Assembly: GCA_002269645.1 (NCBI GenBank)
Contig: NIVC01002042.1
Span: 4,374 to 68,373 of the forward strand
Direction of reading: 5' to 3'
DNA: 64,000 bases
Source of the DNA: Macrostomum lignano
Lineage: Eukaryota
Part shown: positions 14,609 through 26,224 of the stretch, in pieces
Numbering within the stretch: position 1 is the first letter of the stretch
How the letters are laid out: each line of letters opens with the position of its first letter
Made by a program: the position numbers and the translations under genes
The notes under the pieces: model-generated
Database searches by the model: none
Told to the model about the DNA's origin: nothing
The model's input: only the letters and a program-made list of their open reading frames with translations

Positions 14609-14758
14609 GCGGGCAAATCGGCCTCCTGATGATAATAGACCGGGCTGTGACTGCCCGGGCCGGCGGTCGCCTGCATTCGTTCAGCGATGCTGGTTGAAAG
14701 CCGCTGCGGCTCGTTGAAGCTCTGCTGGTATGAGGTGCGGTGCCTCGGGCTCTCGTAT
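14609..14758 (-). CDS. C1orf87: C1orf87-like protein, internal linker exon
   Basis: Acceptor ACGCAG| and donor GC|GTGAGT, 150 nt, phase 2 to phase 2. Open frame YESPRHRTSYQQSFNEPQRLSTSIAERMQATAGPGSHSPVYYHQEADLP bridges the flanking exons. Confidence 0.7.
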
Positions 14759-15099
14759 CTGCGTGTGGGTAGGGGAACGGGAGACAGGGACTGTCGTCAG
14801 CGAGATGGACAGTTTAACTGCGAGAGGGACCACTAGACACACTAGAACAGCTAGAACAGATTCAGCAGCAATGATTAAAAACTTTTGAACTTTTGGATTT
14901 TCCACCGCTTTTCTACTTGCTGATTGGAATTCACTATTTACAGTTTACATTCGTACTGCTGATCGAATGGTGCAAGTTTGAGCCATTTTTTCTGAAATCG
15001 ATCACATAGATGGATACCTACCTGCCGACAAACCAGTTTTAGTATACGGATAGGATCTTCGTTCTTTTTGTCGTTGGCAAGCGGTCACACATGTCCAGT

Positions 15100-15670
15100 C
15101 CGATACGCGGACGCAGACAGACAAACAATGAGAAACATGTTCAGCCAGACGCACAGACGCAGACAGATAAACAATGAGACAGACACAACATGTTCAGCCA
15201 GACACACAGACGCAGACAGATAAACAATGAGACACAACATGTTCAGCCAGACACACAAACGCAGACAGATAAACAATGAGACAACATGATCAGCCAGACA
15301 CACAGAGGCAGACAGACAAACAATGAGACACAACATGTTCAGCCAGACGCACAGACGCAGACAGATAAACAATGAGACAGACACAACATGTTCAGCCAGA
15401 CACACAGACGCAGACAGATAAACAATGAGACAGACACAACATGTTCAGCCAGACACACAAACGCAGACAGATAAACAATGAGACAACATGATCAGCCAGA
15501 CACACAGAGGCAGACAGACAAACAATGAGACACAACATGTTCAGCCAGATACACAGACGCAGACAGATAAACAATGAGACACAACATGTTCAGCCAGACA
15601 CACAGACGCAGACAGACAATCAATGAGCCACAACATGATCAGCCAGACACACAGAGGCACAATGAGACAC
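15100..15670. repeat. Approximately 50-bp minisatellite
   Basis: Unit of the type CAGACAGATAAACAATGAGACACAACATGTTCAGCCAGACACACAGACG. Confidence 0.9.
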
Positions 15671-15683
15671 GACTGTCACTCAC

Positions 15684-15865
15684 TGCGAGCTGTTCACTAG
15701 CTGGAAATTGTTGTCTGTCCCGGCAGTCTTGAGGCAGGCACCAATGAACGACAGGACTCGCTCGTAGTTGACTCGGTGCGGCTCGGCGGCGCTAATGAAC
15801 ATGGAGGCCACCAGCCGGGACAGCGGATTCGGCAGCATGATCTGCGAATTCAGGTCAACGGGCAG
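15684..15865 (-). CDS. C1orf87: C1orf87-like protein, internal exon
   Basis: Acceptor TTACAG| and donor CA|GTGAGT, 182 nt. LPVDLNSQIMLPNPLSRLVASMFISAAEPHRVNYERVLSFIGACL matches the recalled human motif VNYEKLLWFL. Confidence 0.8.
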
Positions 15866-16178
15866 CTGTAACTTTAGTGGTATTTTCTACTTGCTACTGA
15901 TGAGTAGTGTAGTTTGGTCCGGTGTTGACGAAAAATATATTGGCGTGTGCTGTTTACGCTTTGTTTAATCCACGCGGTGCTACTTTGGTGACAGCTGTTG
16001 GATACGAACTAAGCCTTCTAAAAATCTGTCGAAGCTCTCAATAGCCGCTTCTCTCGTTCCATCTCTCTCTCCATCTCTCTATTTCTTCTCACTCCTCTTT
16101 TTCAATTCTGTTTTTGGCTCCCGTCTAATCAATCAAAACCTTACAAACAACAAAAAAATATGAACAAGCCAAGCTCAC

Positions 16179-16338
16179 ATTATTCTTTGCAAGCGCCTTT
16201 ATTAGGTCGTCAAATATGCAGAGGCCGCTTAAATCGTCGTCATAGTTGGCGAGCTCCATGTACACCTGCTTCAGCTTGGTTGGGTCCAGGTAGCGCAGCT
16301 GTTTTAGCACCTCTCGCATTACTATGTACTCGTCTTCG
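16179..16338 (-). CDS. C1orf87: C1orf87-like protein, internal exon (first EF-hand-like unit)
   Basis: Acceptor TTCCAG| (phase 2) and donor AAT|GTGAGC (phase 0), 160 nt. EDEYIVMREVLKQLRYLDPTKLKQVYMELANYDDDLSGLCIFDDLIKALAKNN resembles the recalled human EDAFLLALVRRELK...KELKILDPISSG. Confidence 0.75.
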
Positions 16339-16351
16339 CTGGAATTTCAGT

Positions 16352-16818
16352 GATTTTTGCACAAGGGAGTAGAGTGACGTTTGCACAAGGGAGTAGAGTG
16401 ACGTTTGCACAAGATAGTAGAGTGACGTTTGCACAAGGGAGTAGAGTGACGTTTGCACAAGGGAGTAGAGTGACGTTTGCACAAGATAGTAGAGTGACGT
16501 TTGCACAAGGGAGTAGAGTGACGTTTGCACAAGGGAGTAGAGTGACGTTTGCACAAGGGAGCAGAGTGACGTTTGCAGAGTAGAGTGACGTTTGCAGAGT
16601 AGAGTGACGTTTGCAGAGTAGAGTGACGTTTGCAGAGTAGAGTGACGTTTGCAGAGTAGAGTGACGTTTGCAGAGTAGAGTGACGTTTGCAGAGTAGAGT
16701 GACGTTTGCAGAGTAGAGTGACGTTTGCAGAGTAGAGTGACGTTTGCAGAGTAGAGTGACGTTTGCAGAGTAGAGTGACGTTTGCAGAGTAGAGTGACGT
16801 TTGCAGGGTAGAGTGACT
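16352..16818. repeat. 24-bp then 19-bp minisatellite filling an intron
   Basis: AGAGTGACGTTTGCACAAGGGAGT switches to AGAGTGACGTTTGCAGAGT at about 16570. Confidence 0.95.
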
Positions 16819-16887
16819 GTTATCTAGAAAGTTAAAAAATCACAAACTAGCAGCAAAAAGGTGCAATAAAAAAACCCGGACACCAAC

Positions 16888-17185
16888 CGAGTCAGATGCA
16901 GCGGCGCACTAGTCAGCTTGCCGTGGTAGCCAGGCAACAGATTGTACAGGTTGCTGAGCGCGGCCGACATTGCTGCTGCCTGCTGATTGACTGGCGTTTG
17001 TTGGCGAGTGCTCACTCTGCTTTCGTTGCCAATTGGCGGCAGGGGAGAGTAGGGATCGAGAGACAGCCGGTCTGTCTGCTGTCTTCTAGGACTGTCGGCT
17101 GCGGGGTTGGACTGCGACTCCTTCTCCTGCGAGTGAGTTGCAGGCGTTTGTGATTGACAGGGTCTCGGAATTGGCACAGCGGGGA
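16888..17185 (-). CDS. C1orf87: C1orf87-like protein, probable upstream low-complexity exon
   Basis: Acceptor CCTTAG| and probable donor CG|GTTGGT, 298 nt, open in the frame of ORF 16824..17177. The phase-2 end joins the next exon. No conserved motif, so the boundaries are less certain. Confidence 0.55.
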
Positions 17186-17189
17186 CTAA

Positions 17190-17320
17190 GGCGGGTTGGG
17201 ACTGAGGTGGGTTGCGACTGAGGTGGGTTGGGACTGAGGTGGGTTGCGACTGAGGTGGGTTGTTACTGAGGTGGGTTGTTACTGAGGTGGGTTGGGACTG
17301 AGGTAGGTTGTTACTGAGGA
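17190..17320. repeat. 16-bp G-rich minisatellite abutting the 17185 acceptor
   Basis: ACTGAGGTGGGTTGGG and variants. Confidence 0.85.
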
Positions 17321-17664
17321 CTGGGATAAAACAAATAATTGGAAGTTTTTACTGAAAGTAGCATTCTAAGAAAATCTGAGTCAATTATGACAAACTGAAA
17401 GCAGCTGAGCAATCAAAAAGAAATCAATCGGAAGCTGTGCAGAAGCTAAATATATGAAGCATTGCAATAGCAGCCTGATGTCCATGGCTAAACCTCACCG
17501 GTAAGGTCAAAAAGCGTGAGTACCAAGCAATCTCCGATTCCCGATTTTTTATATTAATAATTTTTATCCATGGGGTTTATAGAGATTTGGGATTCCGGAG
17601 ATTTGATATTTTTGCAAAATTCTGATTTCTATCAGACAGTAAAAGTAACGAGACTGGGAAGCAC

Positions 17665-17945
17665 AGACTGCCAATCAGCCAATCAGAGGCCGTCACTCAC
17701 CATAGAATTGAATTTGCAGCTAATCAGCCAATCAGAGACCGTCACTCACCATATTTGCAGCTAATCAGCCAATCAGAGACCGTCACTCACCATAGAACTG
17801 AATTTGCAGCTAATCAGCCAATCAGAGGCCGTCACTCACCTTAGAATTGAATTTTCGCGGCTAATCAGCCAATCAGAGGCCGTCACTCACCATAGAACTG
17901 AATTTGCAGCTAATCAGCCAATAAGAGGCCGTCACTCACCATAGA
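17665..17945. repeat. Approximately 49-bp minisatellite containing CCAAT boxes and a duplicated splice donor
   Basis: Unit AATCAGCCAATCAGAGGCCGTCACTCACCATAGAA(T/C)TGAATTTGCAGCT, about 6 copies. Confidence 0.9.
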
Positions 17946-18500
17946 CAGCGGCGCGATGCCAAACCGACTAGATAGAAACAAATTCTGAACTGGGAAATTA
18001 AAGAATCTACCGCGACGAAATGGCTGACCCTGGTAGGTCGCCGCGTCGCCGGCGCCGGCGCCAGAATTTGGAGCATGCGGCTCTGCCGATGCCATCAAGT
18101 TATTATGTTTAATTGTGCTTCAAGTTTCTAAATAGATTAGCAAAACAAGAAGAGAAGGGAGAGAGGTAGAGAGGTACTTGTAGAGAAGAGATACCGATCG
18201 GCTATAGGCTAATCTAAGCAACTGAGGCAGAAGATGCTCAATCCGTACTCGATCAGCAGCGCCGATTTTCAACACAGCCGGATCGACGTCCGAGTTCAGT
18301 CGGAGCTGCTCGCGCCAGTTGATACCCGCCTGGCCGTGGCTTGTGGTCCGCGCTGCGCCGCGGCTGTCTAGCGATGAGCTGCGTCTGGTATCGCCCGGCT
18401 CTCTGGATGCCGGCGACAACGGGTGCGGGCCGTTGAATCCTCTGGGACTGGGGGCCGAAATCGGGGCGGAGTTTACGTGCTGCTTTGATAGATGTATAAT
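17940..18500 (-). CDS. Candidate 5' exons of the C1orf87-like gene (structure unresolved)
   Basis: A 28-nt exon at 17940-17967 (TCTAG|TCGGTT...TATG|GTGAGT) supplies the phase-1 join needed by the 17185 exon. GC-rich open frames at about 18015-18095 and 18249-18500 could supply upstream exons. No unique ATG or model can be fixed. Confidence 0.3.
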
Positions 18501-19424
18501 ATATAGCTATTGGCTTGGAGCAGATCGGGACTGAGAATCTGTATATCTATATAGATAAGCGATAATGATGTTGAAGAAAGTGAAGCCTGGAGTCTGGATT
18601 TGTGGATGAAAAAAGCCTATTATAAATCTGGTTCTGCCGTATATTAGCAGGCCAAGACCTCATATAGCCATTGCGCTGCTGAGAGGGGGTTAGACAGAGA
18701 GTCCTGTCGCTAGTGACACTGAGGGCGGTGAGGTGGCGAAGGGGACTGACTGTTCGACCGTTGCTTGGCTTGAGCCAGCCCACCCCGCTGCCCCCCCCCA
18801 CTATGGCGTCGCCCTGACAACGGCCTTATGGCTGAAAAAAACTATTCAAAGTGGTTAAGGACCCCCCCCCCAGCCAAATGCACGCTGGCCCATCCAGCTG
18901 CCTGCTTGAGCTCAGAAATAGAGAAGAAAAGTGAGGCGATGTGGCACGCAGAAGGTGCACAAGAGATCTGCTCCTTTCCTGCTGGCTACCTAAATTCACT
19001 CTCGGACTCTAAACTTTCCATATCTCTCTATCTCGCCATCTCTCTCCACTATTCTAGCACTATAATGGCCGCCGCTTGTCAGGCTTTTCTTCCTTTCACT
19101 AATTTTTTCAGTTTTAAGAGCTCCGCGCTCTGCAAACAAGAAAAAGACAAAAAGAAAATGGAAATGATAAACTGCAAGAGAGCTGGATGAAGCAGGCGTA
19201 TTTGCCCATAATCATGGCGCAAGCAAACCTGCTCTCAGCATTCCACGATTGACTTCTCTTAGCCTTGTTTAATTTCACTAATGAATCAATATTTACCTCA
19301 TCAATGCTTTTTAAAAGCAGCAAAACACGGCGCAAGAACAAGCAATGAAAATATGGCCATCAGCGAGCAAACTCTGTGCAATAGTGAGCAATATTTATAT
19401 TGAATACGCATGGGAATTAGTGAT

Positions 19425-19750
19425 AATTAGTGGTCCAGCCCGGCGCTCTGATGAGCCAGCGGCCCAGGCTCGATTCCAAGTGCATTCACATTAAGGCTTG
19501 GCTCTGCTCGGGCAATTATCGGCCTTGCGAGGGCCAACCCCCAGGCACAGTGAAGTGTACATGCCCAATTGATAAATAAAGTTAGGGCCGCTGTACACTC
19601 CTGTGTGAGTGTGCCTGCGTACGTATCCGCACGCTTGCTCAGGGTAGTCGGCGGAATGAGCAATAATGCCTCTCGCCGGCTGTGTGACAATAATATGTCG
19701 CATAAAGTGCGCCAGGGTGCACACAACCCCTGCCTCTAACTGATAATACA
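19425..19750 (+). mobile_element. tRNA-derived SINE, uninterrupted copy
   Basis: Contains a B-box-like GGCTCGATTCC and the core AGGGCCAACCCCCAGGCACAGTGAAGTGTACATGCC. The body is shared with 20690-20878, 31873-32025 and 48020-48200. Confidence 0.65.
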
Positions 19751-20689
19751 ATCCACCTATGCTAGTCTCATATTATATTTTAATTTCTAAAATAGATAAA
19801 TGCTTTAATTAACGTTTCCCGAGAGAACATCTATAAAGCTTAATAAGCTACTAGCAGTAGATAAGAAAATTTTATTCATGCAAACTAGACTTACGATAAA
19901 TTCACTGGTGGAATAGGAATTACGAGTAATTGATTCAAATTTTGGGTACTGGGTTTTTTAAACTACTCGTATAGAGTCGCTGGCTCTGAAATTGTGTCCT
20001 TTTACTGAATTTGAGGTTTTTTTAGAAAGCGTACACACTAAATTGGGTCTTACTTTTATCACAGAAATCTCGGCCGAAAATAGGTCGTCTTGAAAAAAAT
20101 CCTATTGAAAATATTTTATAGCGATATGGTTTTAGTTCCTAAAAATAAGCTTTGGACAGAGTTAATCGAAAAACGCGTATTATATTTGCACATACTACTA
20201 CAAGTAGTCTGTCTATACAATGTAAAATTGGCATCATTTTTAAACGATCATGTACGTGTGCATGTAATATTCACTCAAGAAAACAGTCAGTTACCCCAGC
20301 TGCAACAACAGCTTGCCAACGAGTTACAATTACTGCTCCAAACCAGACCCGTAATTAAGATTGACTATCTTTTGGACAAGAAATCCCATAATCCTCTTTT
20401 CTAATTCGAATTTGTTGGTAAAGAATAAAAATAACGATTAATCGCAAAAGCAACTGTCTGCATGGGCTGTAAACTGGATGCGGCAGCTTTAGGGCTCATT
20501 CAAACTGCAATCAAATGAAAGACCAAATATCACACGACTTGTTTGACCACACAGAATTTCAATTTTTTTCTGTCATCACTTGAAATCTCAGCTAACTTAG
20601 ACAATTTTCAAATTCAGCGACAAAAGTTGATAACGCAAGGGCCAGTTGATCAACTAAAACGCTGTACATTGGTCGCTTGCCTCTTAGAA

Positions 20690-20878
20690 GGGCCGTAGCC
20701 CAGCGGTAGCGCAGCTGCTCTGGTGTGCCAGCGACCCAGGCTCGATTCCAAGTGCAGTCACGTTAATTTGGGGCTGAATTGGAATCTCGGCTTGGCTCTG
20801 CTCGTGCAATTAACGGCCTTGAGAGCCAACCCCCCAAGGCGCAGTGAAGTGTACATGCCTAACGATAATATAAAGTTA
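20690..20878 (+). mobile_element. tRNA-derived SINE, 5' half (split by the Helitron-like array)
   Basis: A-box-like TAGCCCAGCGG and B-box-like GGCTCGATTCC. It matches the 19425 copy up to ...TAAAGTTA, where the array begins. Confidence 0.7.
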
Positions 20879-23800
20879 AGTGGAACTCCTCCTTCGGAGG
20901 AGAAAGGGGAAGAACTCCCATCACCGGAATTCCATTCCCTGTAATATCCATCAACTGAAATTCCATGTCTTGAACCCTATCTTCCAAATCGTCTCCAAAT
21001 TCTTTACAAAACTTTTCAAAGACCATGGCTCAAAGACTCTCACGTCTCTCATATCTCCTCTCTCCTCTCTTCGCTATTATCGTGACTCTCTTCTCTCTCT
21101 TCTCTCTCCTCTCTCTCATCTCATCTCTATCCCTACTCCCTTATTTATTTCTTGTCCCTCGTCTTTCGTCTGTACCTTCTCCTGTCTCTTGTCTCCTCTC
21201 TTCTCTCATCTCTCCTCTTCACTTCTGTCTCCTGTCTCCTCTCTTCTCTCTTATCTCTCCCTCTTCCCTCCTCTCTCATATGTCATCTCTACTCACTTAT
21301 CTATCAACTTATCTTATCTCTATATTCTCCCTTCGTTGCTCCTTTCATCTTCTCCCCTTTCTTCTCTAATCTCTAATCTCTTCTCTCTTATGTTCTCACT
21401 CATCTCTTCTCATCGCATCTCTAATCTCTCCTCTCCTCTCCTCACTACTTTCCTCTCTTAACTCTCTCATCTCTGATCTTTCATCTCTCTCCTCTCTCTC
21501 TACTCCTTTCGCTTCTTTCTCCTCTCATTTCTACTACCTTATTTATATCTTCTCCCTGGTCTGTCGTCTGTACCCTCTCCTGTCTCCTTTCTCCCCTCTT
21601 TTCTCCTCTCTTCTCTCTCCCCTCCTCTCTTATCTCTCATCCTTCATCTCATTCTTTCTTTCTCCTTTACTCTCTCTTCTCTTCTATTTCCCCTGTACGC
21701 TCCTATCCCGTCTCTCTTCTCTCTCTTCTCATCCATCTTGTCTCCTCTCTGCTATCTCATATCTCCCATCTCATCTCCTCTCTCCTCTTCTATTCTGTCC
21801 CCCTCTTCATTCCCGCATCACTCCCCTCTTCTCTCCTATCTGTCATCTCTCCTCTCTAATTTCTACTCTCTTTTCTATCATCTCATTTCTCTTCTCTTTT
21901 CGCTCTTCTCTTTACTCTCTTCTCTGACTGACTGAAGATGCAAAATCCATCAAAATCCTCTGCGCGAAGCAGAAATCCTGTCGGTGCAAATGAAAACCAT
22001 CGAAATCCTCTCCGTGAAACTGGACTCCTTCGAAATCCTCTCCTTCAAACTTAAATCCATTAAAATCGTCTCCATTAAACAGAAATTAATCATAAATTAT
22101 CTCCACGAAACAGAAATCCTCTCCGTCAAAATTAAAACATTGAAATCGTCTCCGCTAAACTGGACTTAATCGAATTTTTTTCCGTCAAACAACTCAACTC
22201 TCCGGATTCATTGGCTAGGGTTAGGGTTAGGGTTAGGGTTAGAACTACACACAGCTTCGTGTTAAAAGGCACTGATAAAAATATTGAACTAATTGAATCA
22301 ATTCATTGCGCAACCGATTTCACAGTCAGTCAGTATCAGTCTCAGTTAAAGTTAACAAAAACATTGCGCAATCTAAATCAACCCTCTAATACACAGCAGC
22401 AGTGAGAAGTTGAACCCTCCCCTAACTTTATCTATTACGTCTCGCAAAACTGAGTACAATTTTTGCAAAAAGTTAAAAGTATGGAAATAGTTTTTTAAAT
22501 GCTGTGCTTTTTCTTTTCATATTTAAAGCAAACAACTTACATCCCGAACTCAGCGTTGCAAGATCTTTCCAACAATATAAGTTTCTCCTATCAAAGTTTA
22601 AAACTCGAGGAACAGTTAGCGTTTAAAGCTGTCTGATTTATAGCATTGAAGTATCGAGTGTACATTCACTGCCTGCTTGCAAGTTGATGCATTGAATTTC
22701 AATGTCCAACAAATACACAGGGCTGCCCATTGAAAGGCAGGAAAACTTATCAGTAGCTATATCATTGCGCAATTATCTATACAGTCAGCCAGTGAGCCAG
22801 GGTCCAAGTGTACACACGCAGCCACTGAGAACGCTCCCACCCCCCACTGGAAAGAAAATACACTACAGAGATAGGGAAAAGTTGTGGCGCAATCACAAAA
22901 AATTCATGCATTTTTCAGCTCCAAGCAGAAAGAGGGGACAATTAAGATTATCAAAGGTCAAGATTCAAGTTTTCTGCTTTTTGAGGATCTTAGAAATTAA
23001 AATTTCAGAATTAAAATAGCCTATAGCCGACCTCGGATAATTTCCAATCTTCCCATATAAGTTTCAACGCTGAGTTGCCACTATTCAAGGAGGAGTTGTC
23101 GAAATGACAGACAGACAAACAACACGTGAACTTTAGTATATGTACGAAGTGGAACTCCTCCTTCGGAGGAGAAAGGGGAAGAACTCCCATCACCGGAATT
23201 CCATTCCCTGAAATATCCATCAACTGAAATTCCATGTCTTGAACCCTATCTTCCAAATCGTCTCCAAATTCTTTACAAACCTTTCAAAGACCATAGCTCA
23301 AAGACTCTTACGTCTCTCGTATCTCCTCTCTCCTCTCTTCGCTATTATCGTGACTCTCTTCTCTCTCCTCTCTCTCATCTCATCTCTACCCCTACTCCCT
23401 TATTTATCTCTTCTCCCTCGTCTTTCGTTTGTACCCTCTCCTGTCTCTTGTCTCCTCTCTTCTCTCATATCTCTCCTCTTCACTTCTGTCTCCTGTCTCC
23501 TCTCTTCTCTCTTATCTCTCCCTCTTCCCTCCTCTCTCATATGTCATCTCTCCTTACTTATCTATCGTCTCTCTTAACCCTCTCTCTCTTCTCTTTTCTC
23601 TCCTATCTGCTTCTCATTTCTCATATCTCATATACGCTCTCACACTCTACTTTCTTGTCTCCCATCTTTCTTTCCTCCTTACCACTATCCCCTGTCTCTT
23701 CTCTTCTCTCTTTTCTATCCTCTCCATTCTCTCTTCTCTCCTCTCGTTTCTCCTTTCATCTTCTCCCCTCTCTTCTCTAATCTCTAATCTCTTCTCTCTT

Positions 23801-26134
23801 ATGTTCTCACTCATCTCTTTTCTCATCGCATCTCTCATCTCTCCTCTCCTCACTACTTTTCTTCTCCTAACTCTCTTATCTCTGATCTTTCATCTCTTTC
23901 CTCTCTCCTCTCTCTCTTCTCCTCTCGCTTCTCTATCTCCTCTCTCTCCTCTCATCTATACTACCTTATTTATATCTTCTACCTGGTCTTTCGTCTCTAC
24001 TCTCTCCTGTCTCATTTCTCCCCTCTTTTCTCCTCTTTTCTCTCTCCCCTCCTCTCTCATCTCTCATCCCTCATCTCACTCCTTCTTTCTCCTCTACTCT
24101 CCCCTCTTTTCTATTACCTCTGTACGCTCTTATCCCTCATCTCTATTCTCTTTCCTATCATCTCTCTTGTCACCCTCTGCTATCTCATATCTCCCCTCTC
24201 GTCTCCTCTCTCCTCTTCTTTTCTCTCTCCTTCGTTCCCGCCTTACTCCCCTCTTCTCTGCCATCTGTCATGTCTAATCTCTCGTCTCATTTCTACTCTG
24301 TTTTCTATCATCTCATCTCATCTCTCTTCTCTTTTCATTCTTCTCTTTACTCTCTTCTCTGACTGATTGAAGATGCCAAATTCATCAAGATCCTCTCCGC
24401 GAAGCAGAAATCCTTTCCGTGCAACTGAAAACCATTGAAATCCTCTTCGTGAAACTGGACTCCTTCGAAATCATTTCCTTGAAACTTAAATCCATCAAAA
24501 TCACAGAAATCGTCTCCATAAAACAGAAATCAATCATAAATTATCTCCGCGAAACAGAAATCCTCTCCGTGAAGCTGAACATCATCGAAATCCTCTCTTC
24601 ATGAAACTGAACACCATCGAAATCCTCTCCACGATACAGAAATCCTCTCCGTCAAAAATAAAACATTGAAATCATCTCCGCTAAACTGGACTCAATAGAA
24701 TTTTTTTCCGTCAAACAACTCAACTCTCCGGATTCATTGGTTAGGGTTAGGGTTAGGGTTAGGGTTAGAACTGCGCACAGCTTCGTGTTAAAAGGCACTG
24801 ATAAAAATATTGAACTAATTGAATCAATTCATTGCGCAACCGATTTCACAGTCAGTCAGTCAGTATCAGTCTCAGTTAAAGTTAACAAAAACATTGCGCA
24901 ATCTAAATCAACCCTCCAATACACAGCAGCAGTGAAAAGTTGAACCCTCCCCCAACTTTATCCATTACGTCTCGCAAAACTGAGTGCAATCTTTGCAGAA
25001 AGTTAAAAGTGTGGAAATAGTTTTTCAAATGCTGTGCTTTTTCTTTTCATATTTAAAGCAAACAACTTATATCCTCAAACTCTAAAAGTCTCAATTCTAA
25101 TTCTCCTCTAAAAGTTTAAAACTCGAGGAACAGTTAGCGTTTGAAATTTACCGATTTCCCGACTTCTTGCTAGAGATGCTCGCAAGTTTATTCATTGAAT
25201 TTCACTGCCCAGCTAATACACAGGGCCGATAATAAAACCAATTGAATCTCGGCACAGTTCTATCTGTTTACAACAGCTATGTACACTCAGCCCAAGCCCA
25301 CCCCCCCGTTCCGGGGGAATCATTAAATTCAACTCAACTCCCCAACACGCGGGGGTTTTATTTGCATTGAACGCAGAACACGCGCACCCACCACCCCTCA
25401 ATACACAGCGGCCCGCGGGCGGAGGTTGGGGTGGCTATTTTTACAAACTGGCTGAAGCCCCAGGCAGAGTGGCAAAAGAAGGTTATTGGGGGTCAAAAAG
25501 GCAGTTTTCTGCTTTTTTGAGGATCTTAGAAATTAAAATTTCAGAATTAAAATAGCCTATAGCCGACCTCGGATAATTTCCTATCTTCCCATATAAGTTT
25601 CAACGCTGAGTTGGCACTATTCAAGGAGGAGTTGTCGAAATGACAGACAGACACACAGACAGACAGACAGACAGACAAACAACGCGTCAACTTTAGTATA
25701 TCTAGAGTGGAACTCCTCCTTCGGAGGAGAAAGGGGAAGAACTCCCATCACCGGAATTCCATTCCCTGAATTATCCATCAACTGAAATTCCATGTCTTGA
25801 ACCCCATCTTCCAAATCGTCTCCAAATTCTTTACAAACCTTTCAAAGACCATAGCTCAAAGACTCTTACGTCTCTCATATCTACTCTCTCCTCTCTTCGC
25901 TATTATCGTGACTCTCTTCTCTCTCCTCTCTCTCATCTCATCTCTACCCCTACTTCCTTATTTATCTCTTCTCCCTCGTCTTTCGTCTGTACCCCCTCCT
26001 GTCTCCTCTGTTCTCTGTTCTATCACATCTCTATTCTTCACTTCTGTCTCCTGTCTCCTCTCTTCTCTCTTATCTCTCCTTCTTCTCTTCTCTCTCATAT
26101 GTCATCTCTACTCACTTATCTATCGTCTCTCTTA

Positions 26135-26224
<90 letters not shown>

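Noticed and set aside
20690-20760. tRNA gene
   Set aside because: A/B-box-like motifs are present, but there is no full cloverleaf and the sequence runs into a repeated body, so it is a SINE head.
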